Assembly: GCA_012026655.1 (NCBI GenBank)
Contig: JAAILG010000809.1
Span: 1-64,000 of the forward strand
Length of the DNA: 64,000 bases
Direction: 5' to 3'
Source of the DNA: Hydrolagus affinis
Lineage: Eukaryota
The notes below the pieces were generated by a model. It was not told the origin of the DNA. It saw nothing but the letters and a program-made list of their open reading frames with translations, and searched no databases. The position numbers were made by a program, and so were the translations under genes. Positions 37,696 to 53,039 of this stretch are shown here, piece by piece (positions within the stretch are counted from its first letter, which is position 1; every line of letters starts with the position of its first letter).

Positions 37696-40600
37696 CAATG
37701 TTATCACTGGGGAAGAGACAAATTAAACCACAAAGGAGAAAGCAAAAGAGAAGATGAATGCTTCCATTGGGTTTGTAATCCTGGGGAATTAACTCAAGGT
37801 AACTAAAGCTACCCTTACTCAAGTACTGAAATAAAGGTGTGTGGATGTTGGTTCCCACACAAAGTTTATGCCAAAACTTTAATGCAGGTAAATTTTTTCA
37901 GTGTTAGTCAGAGACAAGCATTCAGTGTTAATCTCTGGCAGAGTCTAAATCAGATAGGGAGTCCATAACTAATCAGAAACTGTTTACTGAACGAAACTGA
38001 CTCTGCTTCAACAAGCACAAGATGATAAATTCTGCCTGGACATGTCAGCCACATATAAACCATGATTGAATCGGGATCAGCAAAACATCAGTAGGAAGTG
38101 TGAACAGAGGCCTGAGCTCCTGGTGCCAGAATGCCATGGTTGAAGGGTGGGATAGAGTTAACATACTGTCTATACAGTGGCACTGGAAACATTCCTAGTG
38201 TCAGTAAAGGAGGAGAGAGTATCTCCCAATGACGGATTGGGCCAATGTTGCCTGTGGCAACCATTCAATATGCTAAAGGGGAGTGAGGAGGTAAGATCAA
38301 CAAAACATGATCGTGACTGCAGCCCAGTTTTCCAATGACCCCACTGATCACTGCATTATCTTCCTAGAAATGAGGGCCTACAAAATGATGGAAACTTCTG
38401 AGTGTGCCTGATTTCTCTTCAGAGAAAGACTTGCAAAGTGAAGGCAGGGTAAGGGAGCACCCTAACTGTACCTACAACTGGTGGTAGTGGAGGAGATGAT
38501 TGCTCCATTAATCCCTATCCTAGATGGAGGAGTTTGGGGATATGTGGAATGATAATACCAAGTACTTTAGCTTTTACCTCATTGATCACTTACTGTGGTT
38601 TATCTGCAAGAAAGGTCTGCTTTATGAAAAAATGTCACATGTGATGTTCATTTGTTAATATTGCAAGTAGTTTTCTTCGTATTTTACGTCAATATAATGA
38701 TTGTTACATAATTTGCTAACAACATAAACTAATTGTTGTCTTTTCTTTGCTTCTTGTGCGATAATTTTTCCAAAGTTCTGTGCTGTCCACAAACAACACA
38801 AAATATAGCTATCCTTGTCTCCCTTTTCTTGATAGAACCCACTGATCACCCTGACACAAGACACAAGAGCGATTAAGGATGACGAAAGCTCTTCAGTCCA
38901 ATTGATCTCATTATTATTTTTCAAGTCTGCCAATGCTCTACCAAAACCAACACAACCAATACATCTTCTGGTAGCAAAACACTCTTAACTACATTTTAAA
39001 AGACTTAAATGGTTTATGCTTCTTTTTCCAAATTCTTGCATGGGCCAGTTCTGTTGTCACCAGGCCACCACACAATCTCACATGTTAACAAGTATCAAAT
39101 GACTGTATTCAGGAGATTTCTCTCAAATCCTGACTATAAATGTCAACTCCTGCTTACTTTTTAAAAAAAATGTCTGTTTGGTTTTATTCTGCGATTTGTT
39201 GCGTGTAAAAAGTCTCTCTTTTTTGAAACCACTGCACAGCACTTGTCTGTCATTATACAATGCAATGAGTCACCAGACATCATCGTTTGTGCAAGTTGGG
39301 TGCTTGAGTCTGTTTGTTATTCAAATGCGGTATCACATTGTGACCTGTATATTATTTTTTATGATTATGACCCATTCTTTTCGAAATTGTTTCCAGCTAT
39401 TACATTTGACATAAGACTTCCAGCCCTATGTAAATGCAACAATACGTAAATTTGGCACATCACAGTCAATTAAAGTTTTTCCTGATCAGTAGCCATTTGC
39501 TTAGTAGCTGCAACAATAGCTCAGCAGACTTATGCTTTGCACATTACAAAACACACAATTAGCATTTTAGAACAGGCCTTTTGCTTGCCTACATGTGATT
39601 TATGAATTTCCTGGCAAATATGATAAACATAAAATATGTAGTGAATGTGTTGAATAATGAACAGTCATTAAAAAGTATAGTAAGGATATCAGTTGCCTAA
39701 TTTGCATGCATTCTGAGATAAAGAATGTAGATCATACATAAGGGTCCAATTTCCAAAGTATTTGTAATGCATAAATCCATTTGGCATCTGCAATGTTGAC
39801 ATATCTCCCGTTTTGCGACAGAAATACAACACTGACTTGTTTCAATGGAAAACCTGCACAAAGGCACAATGAATATCGGAACAAAACCATGTTTATCTCA
39901 AATTTGAAACAGCGTTTTACCGGTACTTATTTTCAAGCTGTTTTCTGAGTCGCAAATGATGGGTTACAAATACTTAAAGGTGTTCTAACCTGGTTTTCTT
40001 GGAGATACAGAGTCAAAATGCCAGTGGAGAGATAATGCAGAAGAAGGTTTACTCTGCACTTAATACTGCGGGAAAAATGGAAAAAGGGGATTTGAAAGGA
40101 TACGATGGGCCTAAGTAGAGGATCTTCTACTCGCTTCTCATCAAAATGCCTTGTGTAAGGGACACAGAGAGGATTAGATCCCCTCCCCCTGGCCAGGAAC
40201 TATGATCCAATGACAACTGAACTGAGGAATGAAAGGTGCTCATAATGCTCCTATCTTCTTCAGCAAGAACATATTTGAAATTCCAATTAGAGTTGGGACT
40301 GGGAAGACCCACGATAAGAAATAATAAAAGAGATGACTATGAGGGATTTGCTGATCATAGACACCATAAATCCTCCAGTTTAAAGATGTTCCCTTTAGTT
40401 TCACCTGCGGACATTATCAGTGGTCCAATCCATTGAAAGCAAGGAAATCAAAACCAAGTTTCAAATAAGGAAACATGTGAGGATTTCATATCTCAGGTTT
40501 AAAACATTCTCTAATTTTCTTTATGTACCACAACGCAAGATTGTACGTCTTGCCCAAGAGATAAACCACCTGGATTCTACAATGCACTAACTGCCTGCCC

Positions 40601-41259
40601 ATTAAAGGACCGTCAAAATTCCAAAACGCATCCAACTGCTGGAAGGGATCTTGTGTGACAGAAAACCCTGAAAGTAATTTGGAAATGTTCCGGTTGGGAG
40701 GAAGTGCTCCTATTGCTTGTGTTCTTGATTGCCAAAGGTTTGAAATATTATTGAAACAAGGGAGGCTTTACTTCTCAGAATTTTTAAAAGTTTGCTTTTC
40801 GTCACTTAACCTGGTGATTTACTTTAAGAGGAATGAAATTGTAATAAAAATGACAACTTTACCCTCACTTGCAGGGTTCATTTGCTCACATTTCAACCAA
40901 TTATTCATTGCCAAGATGGATGCAACTAATGCGATTGATATTCAGTGAACACAGCCAGATTCAGATGTTTGAAGTGATTTCAGTTTTAAAAGGAGGTCTG
41001 GAGCAAGAGTTTGAAGACAAATAATAAGATCTAGCTCCAAACAACATAAACATCATGTCAACCAATGTTAATAAATAACTGAGTGCAGAATAACAAATAG
41101 TGACATCAATATAATTATTAAAGTGGGAATTCTTTCAGAGTGTCATTTTTAACATGTTAAAGATATTCCATAAAGTGTTGTGGTATTTGTTGCCCACTGG
41201 CCTTGATAGCTGAATTGCCACAATAATACCACTTGCTACATTTAGAACATCTATTATAT

Positions 41260-41710
41260 TTGGGAGAATGTCTCAAAGCACTTTACACAGTTGTCTGGGC
41301 ACCCACATGGTGATGGTGGGAGGGGTTGGGAAAGGGATGATGAACCAAAAGCAATAGTCAACAGCAGATTACATTTATACAGAGCTTTTGATGTCGGGAG
41401 GACATCCGAAGGCACTGGACAGTCGTGAGTTTGCACCTGAGCTGGTATTCAATTGGAGAAATTTAGCTCCCATCCAGGACTTGACAAGTAATCAGCAGAT
41501 GTCCTGTAATCAAGGGTGGAGGCAGAGAAATAGAGTTGGGAGTCATGTTTAAGTTAATCGATGTCTGAGGATGACATCACCAAGTGGAAGCATGTAAATA
41601 CTAAAGAGGAGAGGACTAAGGACAGAGCCCTGAGGAATACTGTAGGTAATGGTCAACGGTAGAAGGAATTGGCATTGGCAGATACAAACTGGAGATGTTG
41701 CGATAAGTCA
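41260..41710 (-). mobile_element. L2 fragments: two tails plus an RT core piece
   Basis: Reverse strand [26 protein letters not shown] and DSQLYFS. Confidence 0.85.
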
Positions 41711-42699
41711 GTTGCTAATTCTAAAAGCCAGTGCACATAAATATATATTCTACATTTAAAATATATAACAGAGCGATTGTGATCATTTTGCACTTCATCT
41801 TTTGAAATGAAAGTACAGTGCATGAAAATCTTCTATTCCTTTTCCATCAAGACAACATCATATTTCAGAAAATCTCACCAATACAATAAGAACAACAGGC
41901 TTTAGACAATCCAAAGAAACTCATATACATTCAGCTGGAATCAAATGCAAAGTAATTTTTCTCTTTGTTTTGATTGCAACCAATTATTAGCCCAAGCTTT
42001 AAACCTAGAGTACTTTCCAACTGTCCTAATCTTATCCAAGCCCTCAGGAAAGTAAAAGATTTTTTTCCTGCAGTTCTAATCAGATCCTGCTTTGCAAACT
42101 TACCATTAAACAGCATGATGGTGCCTCTTAACAGGAACCAAAAGGGAAATCTACTTTACACACAGAGTGACCTGTAATACAGTTATGCACCCACCCAAGT
42201 AAAAAAAGGGAAAAATTAGAGTCAGAATTTACATTCTAAGAGAAGGTAGTGAAAAGGGCAATGAAACCCAGACCTGATAGGATTCCAATCTTCTCCAGGA
42301 ATAAACGTATAGCACACCATTATAAAACAAAAGCTTAACTTCATCTTTGTGTCATGAGAAGGCATTATTTACAGACCTTCTGAGTGTGAAAGCTTTAACA
42401 TACAGTACTTGTGATTCTAATGGTAAATTTTCTCTTTCTGTTTTGAACAGGGAACTCAGTGCGTATAATGAAAACTAGTGAATTGTTTTGTTGTCGTACG
42501 GTGGAAAAATACTCTTAACGGGCTTTTGATTGCCTTTGCTCATAATGAATCACAATCCTGATAAATTGTACTCACTGCAATCACTGTAGAAATATCTACT
42601 GCATGGATAAATAGCAAGCGTCCTGTGCACAAGGATTTATTTTTTAAACAAATTAAAAACTGAAAGAGGATACAGCACATAATTTTTTTAATTTTTTTA

Positions 42700-42800
42700 A
42701 TAATAATCCTAGCATTTGTTCTGATGCCTAGTCACGTTGCTGGAATGGCTCAAAGTGCATCACACGGTTTTCCTGTAAAATGTAGTGACTGTGAATTTGA
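42700..42800 (-). mobile_element. SINE tail fragment
   Basis: (taa)n-tcctagcatttg...ctcaaagtgcatcacac. Confidence 0.6.
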
Positions 42801-44517
42801 CCAGCAAATTGAACTCCTACACATTTTTAATGAAGAATTTTAAACAATTAAGAGTGAGTTGATTAGCGATGCATATCCAATTCTGAGCTAAATTGGAACA
42901 CTCTTGTTAAATAACAAATATGTTTTCCTTAACTGGATTCCTTCAATATTTTAAATCTCTTACTCTTATACCATTAAAAATTCTTGTGCTCTAACACACG
43001 ACCCCCCCATCCCCTGATCAAAATAAAACTACTGTATAACCCAAAACAATTTCATGAATAAGGTAAAAAGAGTCAAAATCTAAGCCAAGGTGAGGTAAAG
43101 GTTCATATATGAAAAAAGAGAGCAAAGTTGGGTCCTTTCTTTAGAATACTAGTGGTTGGCAACATATGTGACACAAATAATACTGTGTCATGCCCTGACC
43201 TGCTCTAAATACGTCTAGCCATAAGGGCTTGTTCACTTTGGTAAATGACCTTTTGTGACTCCCTGATACTTGTAGGAAATTTTGTTTGAAGGCTTCTTAT
43301 GTCAGTTCTGCTTCAGGGGTCACAAGTCACAAGCTCCACATGCTGTTTGAACAATTTTCCCAGCAGCAAACATGTTATTGGACAGTGGAGTCTAATCAGG
43401 TAATGACAGGCTGACCATTATTTATTTAAATAAACACAGGAAGACTGTTTCCTGGCATTGTCCATCTAATTCAGTATTATTTTTATCTGAAAAAAGGCTT
43501 CATAATACAGCATTGCCAATCTACTTTAATATTCCATGAAGACTCCTCTTATTTTTGCAGGCGCTCTTCCAGAAAACTGATTTTATGCTTTTTTTTATTA
43601 TTAATGCCATGATCGCAACATTTCACAATTAATTAACTGCAGGTTATTAACATTGTAGGATTTCTGAAAAAAAATGGGTCACTTTTACTCAATTTACTCT
43701 CATTTCCACAATCATTTTTAATACATAAGCTGGTATCTACACTACTTGAATTTGGTTTACAAAGCACGTTGGAAACCAACTGTGAATTTACAGCATTAAT
43801 GATGTGAAATGTTGCTTATATTTTCACCCCCAAACTGCCCACTTTCCAACTTCTCCAGTTACTGGGCTAATCAATTGGTAATTCAATATTCAGTTAATGA
43901 ATGGACCCAGACAATTACTAACTGATGTGTATTTACACTGGTAATCCAATTCAGTTGAATAATAGAAATGTGCCTATAGCATTTAAAGTAAGTCAGAATT
44001 TGGTTACACAGTCCTTTTTCAAATTAAGTGCGGGCATAGAGTAAGGTTCATTTGGCAGATCCAGCTGAACTTGATCAGGGAGCTAAAGATCTGAAGGATT
44101 GGACACCCTAATTACGATATATCAGGCCAGCTGGTTTTTAATGTATATTTTACAACTCAAGAGGAAAATGTCAGTGGACATTATTTATACAAACTTTAAG
44201 GGTCACAATCAGGCTAAAGGTAGGGTGTGGAATTTTAAATGGATATTTTCAGCGTTCAGGGTTATTATTTTGGTTTCATGTGAGGCTCATAATGCAAATA
44301 GAAGCTCTCTTTGAATTTCAGCCTCTGTGAAGAAATGAAATGCAAAATGTGTTTCACCCATCACAGAGACAATGCTAGGTTTGGATCATAATTTGCAGTG
44401 AAAAATCATGTTTCTATCCCCACCTGCACTATAATTTGGTTAGATGTATAACAAGATTGGATCAATGCATAATGTGCAATAAGGAAGAATGGTGCAATGT
44501 CTACAGGAGTCATTCAA

Positions 44518-44803
44518 CATGGCTCAGTTGGTAGCTCTCTTGCCTGCATCAGTCCCATTCACCTAAACAAAACTAAAAGAATAATAATAAATCTGTCATT
44601 TCAATCCACGACTGTTTGTGCGACATTGCTGTGTGCAATTGGCGGTCGTGTTTCACCCACATACATACAGTCAATTCACATACATAGTCAATTTACAGTA
44701 TATTGTGTGAAGCGCTTTGGGATGCCTAGAAGACGTAAAAAGCACTATATTAAATGCAGGGATTATTATTATTTTCACGTCTTCTAGATGTCTCAAAATG
44801 CTT
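44518..44803 (+). mobile_element. SINE with a short inverted copy of its own tail appended
   Basis: Head ggctcagttggtagc, core, tail, then reverse-complement tail piece at 44772-44803. Confidence 0.8.
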
Positions 44804-47189
44804 AGAATCCAAAGCACAAAAATGGTGAGTTTGCTGTCAAAACATAGTCTTAGTGTTTATTTTGGTGAGTGAGCTATTCTATACAATAAAATTCTAAATC
44901 ATATATCGCAGCCAGGCTGTTGGGTGCAGGTGGGCTAGTGCTTGGAATAAGTTCTCTTTATTAAAAAAAATTTTTGTTGAAAGTCTGGAGGTAAGCCAAT
45001 GTTTCACTTCGCCATTAAATTCTGCAATTAATTTATCTGTGTGTGTCTAGTTGCAGGATGAACAAGTTTGGAAAGTTCAGACTGCAGAAAACCAGAATTG
45101 CAAATTAAGCCTTGTTAGTCTGGTTGACTCATTCTTATTCTGTTTATCAATTTTTAGTATGGTTTTCAAGGACTAACCACTCGGCAGAGGAATTTGGGAT
45201 CCATTGTGCATTATTAATAAACCAACATCAAATCACAATATTTTAGTAACACTAAATTATACTTCATAAGCCATAAGGCTGTTCGCTCTACCCTCCACAA
45301 CATTAAATTGAACATATCTCCAACCATGGGTAATTCCTTACTTTCTATTCATCCTTACAATTGGGAAGTTTATGGCTACATTATTGTTGTTGTTGTTGTA
45401 CATTATGTTGGCATTGAGAGGGCAGATTGGATCTTTTCCCGAGCTTTTTCCAATGATACTTTGTAAACAATCACTAGGATATACAAGAGTTATTGAGGTG
45501 ACGAACACCATGAATTTCCCCTGTCTAAGTGACACAGAGATTGGTTTCCGTTTGCACGTCTGAAATTTTCAAATCACCATATGAAAAAATGTGGGAGAAA
45601 AAAACAAATGCTGACAGAGCACATTGAGATACCAATGTCAGATTTTTAGCTAGACTGGATTCAATATTTGAAATAGGCCTATTTGAAAAATTTGAAATAC
45701 CATTCTATTCATTTCTTGTTTCTGTTTGTCCTCGCTCCCAGCTATATTAATTCTGAATATTACATTTTCCTTTTAATCAAAATATTGGAAAATTCTTCCA
45801 CACCAGAATTGCATAATACGTTCAAGTTTGTCTTTATTGCAAGTAATTCTGTGTTTTTATCTACCAACAGTACTTCTTAATATTCCTGTGAATTATCTCA
45901 TACTTGCACAAGTAAATGCAAGCACACACGCTGTCAATAAAAATGTTTCTCGTTTCTAGTTACAGCATGATGTGACATTATGGCAGGGGAACCCCCAAGC
46001 TTTTTATTCTAATACCTTCCTGCAAAACAATGACTCACTGTCAGTTACCATTAGCTTACTAGATTTCTGTCGTATAGTAAAATAAAAATTGACATATCTC
46101 TTGTGCAAACAGTAACAGCGTAAGCATTTATATTAGATAGTTTGCATACAGCAATATAATATTCATCATTGGTCTCATTATAATACACCCCAGAGTGACT
46201 CCCATAGGTGCCACTGAAATCTAAATAGGATAATAATACATTTTGGTAGCAGCTTACGCACCTATTCGATGTAGCCACATAATTTTAGTGAAAGTGTTGC
46301 AAAAACTTACAAATGTTTTCTCTAGATTGAATAAAAATAATTTGGGAATTACTTAAAGAGCTATCAGGATGCAATAGCGAAAACAAATATAATTGCAAAT
46401 GGTAAATATTTATCATTGAGAGATAAAAGCTTACTCCCCAGATCATTTTTGTGGAATTATGATTGGATACTTTTCATAGCCATTGAACTTACATGGAGAA
46501 TGTAAAAAAAACAGAAGAACATGATCTGAGCAGAACAATGTGCTGGCGATGTTACTTATCATGTTTAATTTACAAGTCCGATAAAAATAAATAAATACAT
46601 GGACAGTTTTCGATGGGATTATTTTTGAAAATGTCTACAGAACTGTGAAGAGAGGAAGTCAATTGTTTTAAGTCTGATGAAAATGAATGAATTATTGAAG
46701 TGACAAATGAAAGTTTTACAGACAGACGTATAGACAGACCGATAGGTAAATGGATGGCTCTGGACAGCCGTATGGGACTAATTGTTGTAGCCACATGGGA
46801 AGGGGAATTACAGATGAAACAAAGCCAAACCTACTTTGTGGTTTGGAACATAATCTTGTGTACTGTACAAATGCAATTGTTTTACTGTATTAGACTAATT
46901 CCATTAAGGGTTTGCCCTACAGCATGACCTTCTCTGAGGGGAGCAGGATTTGAGCAATGCACGTCTGCTTCACAAATATGTTGTGTTTGCACAGTGGATC
47001 TGCAAATGTTAAAGATATGAGGAGGAGATGAGGACACTTGCTGTAAGTATTATGATGAGTTAATGCCATGTTACCAATCAGAGTAAAAGCAAGTTTACAA
47101 GTCAAGCATTTACCAGCTACAATCAACTAAAAAGATCTGCTCTATTACCATAAACTAAACAAAAGCTCATATAATACAATCACCCCTTA

Positions 47190-47590
47190 GGATGATCCTG
47201 AGCTATAAAGACAAGACGGTCCCAGTCTCAATACCCAGTCTATGTTAGCTGACCTTATCTAGGGCATTTGTACAAATTCTACAGTTGGTTTCATCAACCC
47301 AGGATTTGGAGAGAGGAAATCTTATGTGGATTTGGTGCTCCTAATCAATATCCAGTGATCCATGTTGCAATATGAGTGATAGGGACATCAGGTAAGGGTA
47401 GAATTAGGCTCAATCATGATTTACCCTCAGTTGCTATTAAGTCTGCCAACATTTCTGCTTGAAGCTGATTTATGAAGAATAGATATTCGGGCAAAGTACC
47501 GGGGGTCTAAATGCCTCTGAATCTAAACCCCAGCATCAATCAGAGCCTTGAAGACGGATAGGGCAGGAAAGGAGAGGAGGAATTGGGGAT
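47190..47590 (+). mobile_element. Near full-length AmnSINE2-like SINE
   Basis: ctgagctataaagacaagacggtccc, gttagctgacc, tatccagtgatcc, gaagaat, accccagcatcaatcagagcc. Confidence 0.6.
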
Positions 47591-48759
47591 AAAATAAGAA
47601 GTAGGACATACATAGTAACTCGTAACATTGCACAGAAAAAAAAGATGTTGAAGAGATTGATACCTTGATCGTGTCACAGCAGTCAACTGAATTCATTTAG
47701 TGTCAGACAGTATAACCCTACATGCCAAATAGAACAAGTCCTCCAAGAGGGAAAAAATGCTCAATTTCAGTTCTATTGAAGTAGATGTTTGAAACTATCT
47801 TCTCCACTCCCCACGTCATCTCCACTCCTCCAAACACACACACACATATACACATCCATTGAGACTACACGGGGACAAATACAACTGTGATATTACTGAA
47901 GGACCACTGGTCACACCATCCTGAGACTGATCTTCTTATCAATCTGAAAACTATAGTAGCAAATGTGAAATTTTGTGATTGCAGTCACTATAATCAATGA
48001 TTGCTGATACGCACCATTTCCTACTCACCAGAATCAATAATGAAACCCCAGTAACTATTACATTTCAAACAAGCCTTTAATACATTTTTGAATTATAATC
48101 CACTATTGTGTATGTAGTGGCAGTAGGCTGCAGTGAAGTACGTCCCCTAGCTAATTACTAGAGGCATTCATTAATGCAATCAATGTAGACTATTCTACTG
48201 CAACTAAGCCCTAATCATTAGAAACAGTGCAATGCACATGTGTCACATCAGACCTTTTCAGCACTCAATTTCTTTTTGCATTTCCAAGAGCCTGACTACA
48301 TTTTCTATCAGCAGCCATTATTCTATATCTGCTTCCTATACGAGTGCTGCATAAGTACCAATTATACAGCGTACAGCACGATATCCTCTACAGGTTGGAG
48401 GTCAGAAGTAACACTTCATACAATCACGCACAGCAACAATTAAATGTGATGTCATTGACATTTTAAGCATACTGCTCAAAACATGATTAAAATTAAACCA
48501 ATTACTGTACTAAAGCAATTGTTTTGAAGTACTGTATAAAAAGGAAATGGCTGTCATTCTCTTTTCCCCCAATGGTCTGACGAGCTTCACATTTAGCTGT
48601 ACAGAGCACAAGTTCATCGGGTTGATTCCTGGTTTATCCTGGAAAACAGACGCGCTAAAAGAATCCTGCTCCCGTTTGTTAACCAATGATTCTTGCTGGA
48701 TACTGTACATATTGAGAAAATGAATCCACAATTATATTTTAGGATGCACCAAACAAATA

Positions 48760-48995
48760 GAAGAGGGCGTAGATTTAGAGTTGCAAATGGCAATTTCAGG
48801 CACCACAAACCAGTTCTTTAACCTAAGGCAGAATGGACAGAACAGGTTTCTAGGAAAGGTGGTTGAAGCCAGACAACTGGACTCATTGAAAAACAGGTTT
48901 ACGCTAAGATGGGAAGACTGTGGGAAGTTGTACTGGAAGGATGAGATAAGGTGGGGTATATGGTTTTCTTTATCCAAACCTATTGTGTGATCCTC
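48760..48995 (+). mobile_element. Old CR1 3' end
   Basis: FFN...NRFLGKVVEARQLDSLKNRF followed by a CR1-type UTR. Confidence 0.6.
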
Positions 48996-50029
48996 TGCAT
49001 GTGGGTTGCAAATGTTACATTAGGCTCAGCTGTGATGCTTCCATGATTGAATAACCTGCGAAAATTCACCTTCCAGTTTAAAAATGGACACTTAGGTGAT
49101 TTACTGGAGGGTTCTAAGAAAAAATAAACAGGAGTAGAATGTATTGCCTTCAATGATGCCTCTGAGTATAACTGAGGATTAATATCAAATACATTATCCA
49201 TGGACTAACACATAATTATTATCTACCTTAATAGGTGTTAATAGTACATAGTTCATGAATAGAGATCTGGTGTAAGACAACTGTAGCTGAGACCTTAGCA
49301 TTGAATTCACTTTTCCTTATACTGTACATAAAAATTGTTCTCATATCTTAGACTGTTCACTCAAATTGCAGAATATTCACATTTTTATGCTAATGTTTGT
49401 ATTTGTATTCAGTGCCTTGGGACTGAAGTGCCTCCTGACATGAAAGGCGCTAAACAAAAATGTAAATGCAATTTGTTGTTACTGAGGCCTTGAACAATAC
49501 GACATTGGCTGCTGAAAGTGAAATGAAATATTGTTGACTCAAATGATACTGTTTGATATTGGTGCTGAAACATTTATCAATGTCATGCAATTGCGATTGA
49601 ATGGTTAACATTTGAAAGCCCAAACTGTGGAAATGAATTGTTTAGAGAACTCCCAGTCTGTTATTCTCATGCTTTTCATATGGCGCATACACAGCAGTCC
49701 ATCAATATTGCACTAGCAGATAAATATGATGATAGTGAATGCCTAATACTGGTAGTTTGATACGGTTTTTACTCCACTCATGAAGCTGACCTGTGCAATT
49801 CACTCTCAGCATTTGAACTGCACTTTGTGGTTCAACACCGAATGGTTCTGACCAGTCATAACAGAACAAATGAAATGCCCTTTCTATAACATACCCCTTT
49901 GCCGTAATATGAATATTTAATACTCTCAAAGATTCTACATTATTCAATAACAATCCTAACACTGTGATTACGTAGAACTCTACACTGAAATGAATACTAC
50001 AGTGAAGCGCTGCAGTGTGAAGTGTGTGC

Positions 50030-51000
50030 AATAATTAATTAAAACAGCCTTTCATCCGCACTATTTATAGACGAAACGTGCAACTTCATAACAATTAGGG
50101 TATCGCCAGGAACTGGATTACATTTGAATTGCCTTTACTGATCATATACAGTATGTAGCGTATGGATATTCACAAACCTGCCATGGCTAAATTCCACCTG
50201 TTTGTGTTGTTCTGAACTACATCACAGCAAGAATTACATGCGTACCTGCATTGACAATGTCAATCACGAGTCTTAATGAGTAACTAAAGAGTTAATGTTC
50301 TACTTGAAATAAAATTTCTCTTGACAGGCTTACTGTGGGCTCCCTTTTCAATTCTTTATGTCAGGCAAAATCACCAATACACCATGATGGGGGATGTTGA
50401 GCAGAAAGAAAAGAAATGTAGCTGGGAGGAAATCAAGTGCGCACAGAGTTTTCATGCTGACGTTCAGGTAGAATGTCAAAGCTGGGTATCTCTGAACAAA
50501 ATCTTAATAATTAACAGCCACAATTTAACATGATCTCTTCTGGCACACCCACACTGGTAATTATTGCTTTAAGGCCATTTGCTAATGAAATTAATGTATT
50601 CATTGCCCTAACAAATTAGTATAACTCGTACATAATGCCCTGCATTTGTGACCTCTCAGTAAGAGGTTCCCAAAATACCACCAGAATTAAATGGCAAGAG
50701 CATTAAATGGAGGCTGTATTCACTGGAGTGTTGTATGTATCTAACCACAAAGGATGTTCTCTTTAAAATGCAGAATACATCTGATGACAGTATAAATGAA
50801 ACCCTAATTAATATAAGCTCAGTTTTGTGGACTAATGATATTGTTGTGCAGCAAATTTATTGTTAGTTATGTGTCTGCAAACATTGGGCTGACAATTAAC
50901 GTAACTAATATTATGGAAATTGATTTTTACTGAAAAAGGAACTTTGGCCTTTTAGTCAATTACATCTTATGCATTATGGGCTGGCATTTATCTTGAATAT
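50030..51000. promoter_or_regulatory. Candidate CNE cluster
   Basis: No recognised repeat, many TAATTA/TAATGA homeodomain-type cores. Confidence 0.35.
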
Positions 51001-53039
51001 GTTTGGTGTGCAACATGAAAAGCAAAAGGCACTAACACAATATTACAAAGTAAAATCTGTATAGAATTTGATTGCATACAAACAAGATAATATTGAAATT
51101 GTATTCACAAGGTTAATTAATATGTTTTGTTCCCTTTTGATCCTCAAAGTGCATGCGTGTGCCAGCATGTGTAACACAAACAACGATATGTTTGCATCAT
51201 TTTATTCTTTCAATAGAATTATCTCTTTAAAAACTAATATTTAGCCTAGATGTTGCAGTTTCCATGCCACCCTGGTTAGCTAAGAATTGAGTTAAATAAA
51301 TGAACAGGGATATTACACTTGCTGTTGTTAATAGAATGATAGAACTGCAGCTAATCTGTTCTTTGTTCCGAGAATGATATTACAGATAAACTCACTCCAT
51401 TTTCCTCCGTGTGAACTGGTTGGTTATTACCTTCTAACAACGGATAACAAATAAAAAGATATATGTTTTTTAGAGAACAGAGAATCATGAAGCTAAGTGA
51501 AATGTCTAAATCTCATTGCGAATTGTATTTTCACAGGTTTCATAAAGTCTCAAAACATCAAGCATTTATTTTTACAAGGTGTAGGAGTTTGTTTTCCAAT
51601 AATGTGCCTCTTGGAGTGAAAACTGATAAAGAAAGAGTGTTGTGTTCCATTTATCCTTTTTAGACGGGTATACACTGCATTGATTACAGTCCTGTTGTTA
51701 CATCTGCACGGGATGAGCACTAAACCAAATTCTGAATGCAAAGTGACCCAATGGTACCACACAGATGCAAGGACAAATGTCTGTCTACATATGTGTTTGA
51801 TCATATTTACAAAATATGTCTAGATATTAATCCTGATAATCCAGTGAGGGATGGCACACAGCCTCCTTGTGTGTTATCAGATCTATGATAGTCTTGTGGT
51901 CAGATGGCACCATGGTGCTAATGCATTTCTCCAATCATCATGTATAGGAAAGAGGGAAATAGCTTTGTGTTGGTCATGTATCAATCCATTCCCTAGAATT
52001 CCATTATGGGAGGATTGTATTGACTGATAATGGTGAAGAACCCATCTAATCTCCACAAGGAATAGAAAAAGGGGGAAAAGAAAGAGAGACATTTTGCATA
52101 CAAAGTTTTTTTTTGAACACTCAGAAAATAGGTGAAACATTCTACCTGGTTCGTGTTCAAAGAAATGACGAGTGAGTGAATCTTCCCTTCTCTCCCTCCA
52201 TTATCTTCCTCCTCCCAGATAATTCATTCTGAAATTTGGTTCTATATGCTTTGCACATACTTTACCCAAGTGTGATCTACAGCAACAACAACAACTTGGA
52301 TTTATATAGCGCCCTCTACGCCAGATGGCATCTCAGAGATCAGGAAGGATATTCAACTATGGTGAACGAGGAATTGATACCCAAGCTCAAACCTCCCCTC
52401 ATCCAATGTCTGTATCTATGCATCTTATCCTATATCCAGAAATGCTGGTGCCCAGCTGAGATTATCTAAATCAGCATCAGATATGGATTGATTCTATATA
52501 TTTTACCACTGAAACATTTTAGATTAGGAATAAAGTGATTCATGGGAACATAAAACATTTGTTATATAAACATTAGGGTAAAAAGGCAATAATAAAGGAA
52601 ATGGCAACAAATATAATCCACATTTTGTTAAATTCTGCACAGTTCCTGTGGTTATTGTTGTTTAAGAATTATCAAGTCACCAAATGTATAATAGTATAAT
52701 ATCATCTTAAATTAAGTTCATGGAGTAATTTAAAACAAATTTTCTAACAGTTATGCCAACAGATAGGACCAAAATTAAGGTTCATGTGTAAGCTTAAAAA
52801 AACATCTGTAAAACATCTCAAATAATTAGAAATAAATTGACAATCATAGAAAAAAGCACCTACATTCTGAAGACAATCAAAATTTCAATGTTATGTTGAT
52901 TTAAATTTTGGTGAGTCTATCACTCATTATGATGGCTTCAGATAATGAGGAATATTGATGTTTCACTGCAACTAAATAGCGGGTACCTCACATACTGAAG
53001 TTGAAAAAGGATTCGTACAGCACTTAGATGCATTCATAT

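Noticed and set aside
38655-38940. 92-aa minus-strand ORF with a modest acceptor
   Set aside because: No credible donor and no recognisable homology.
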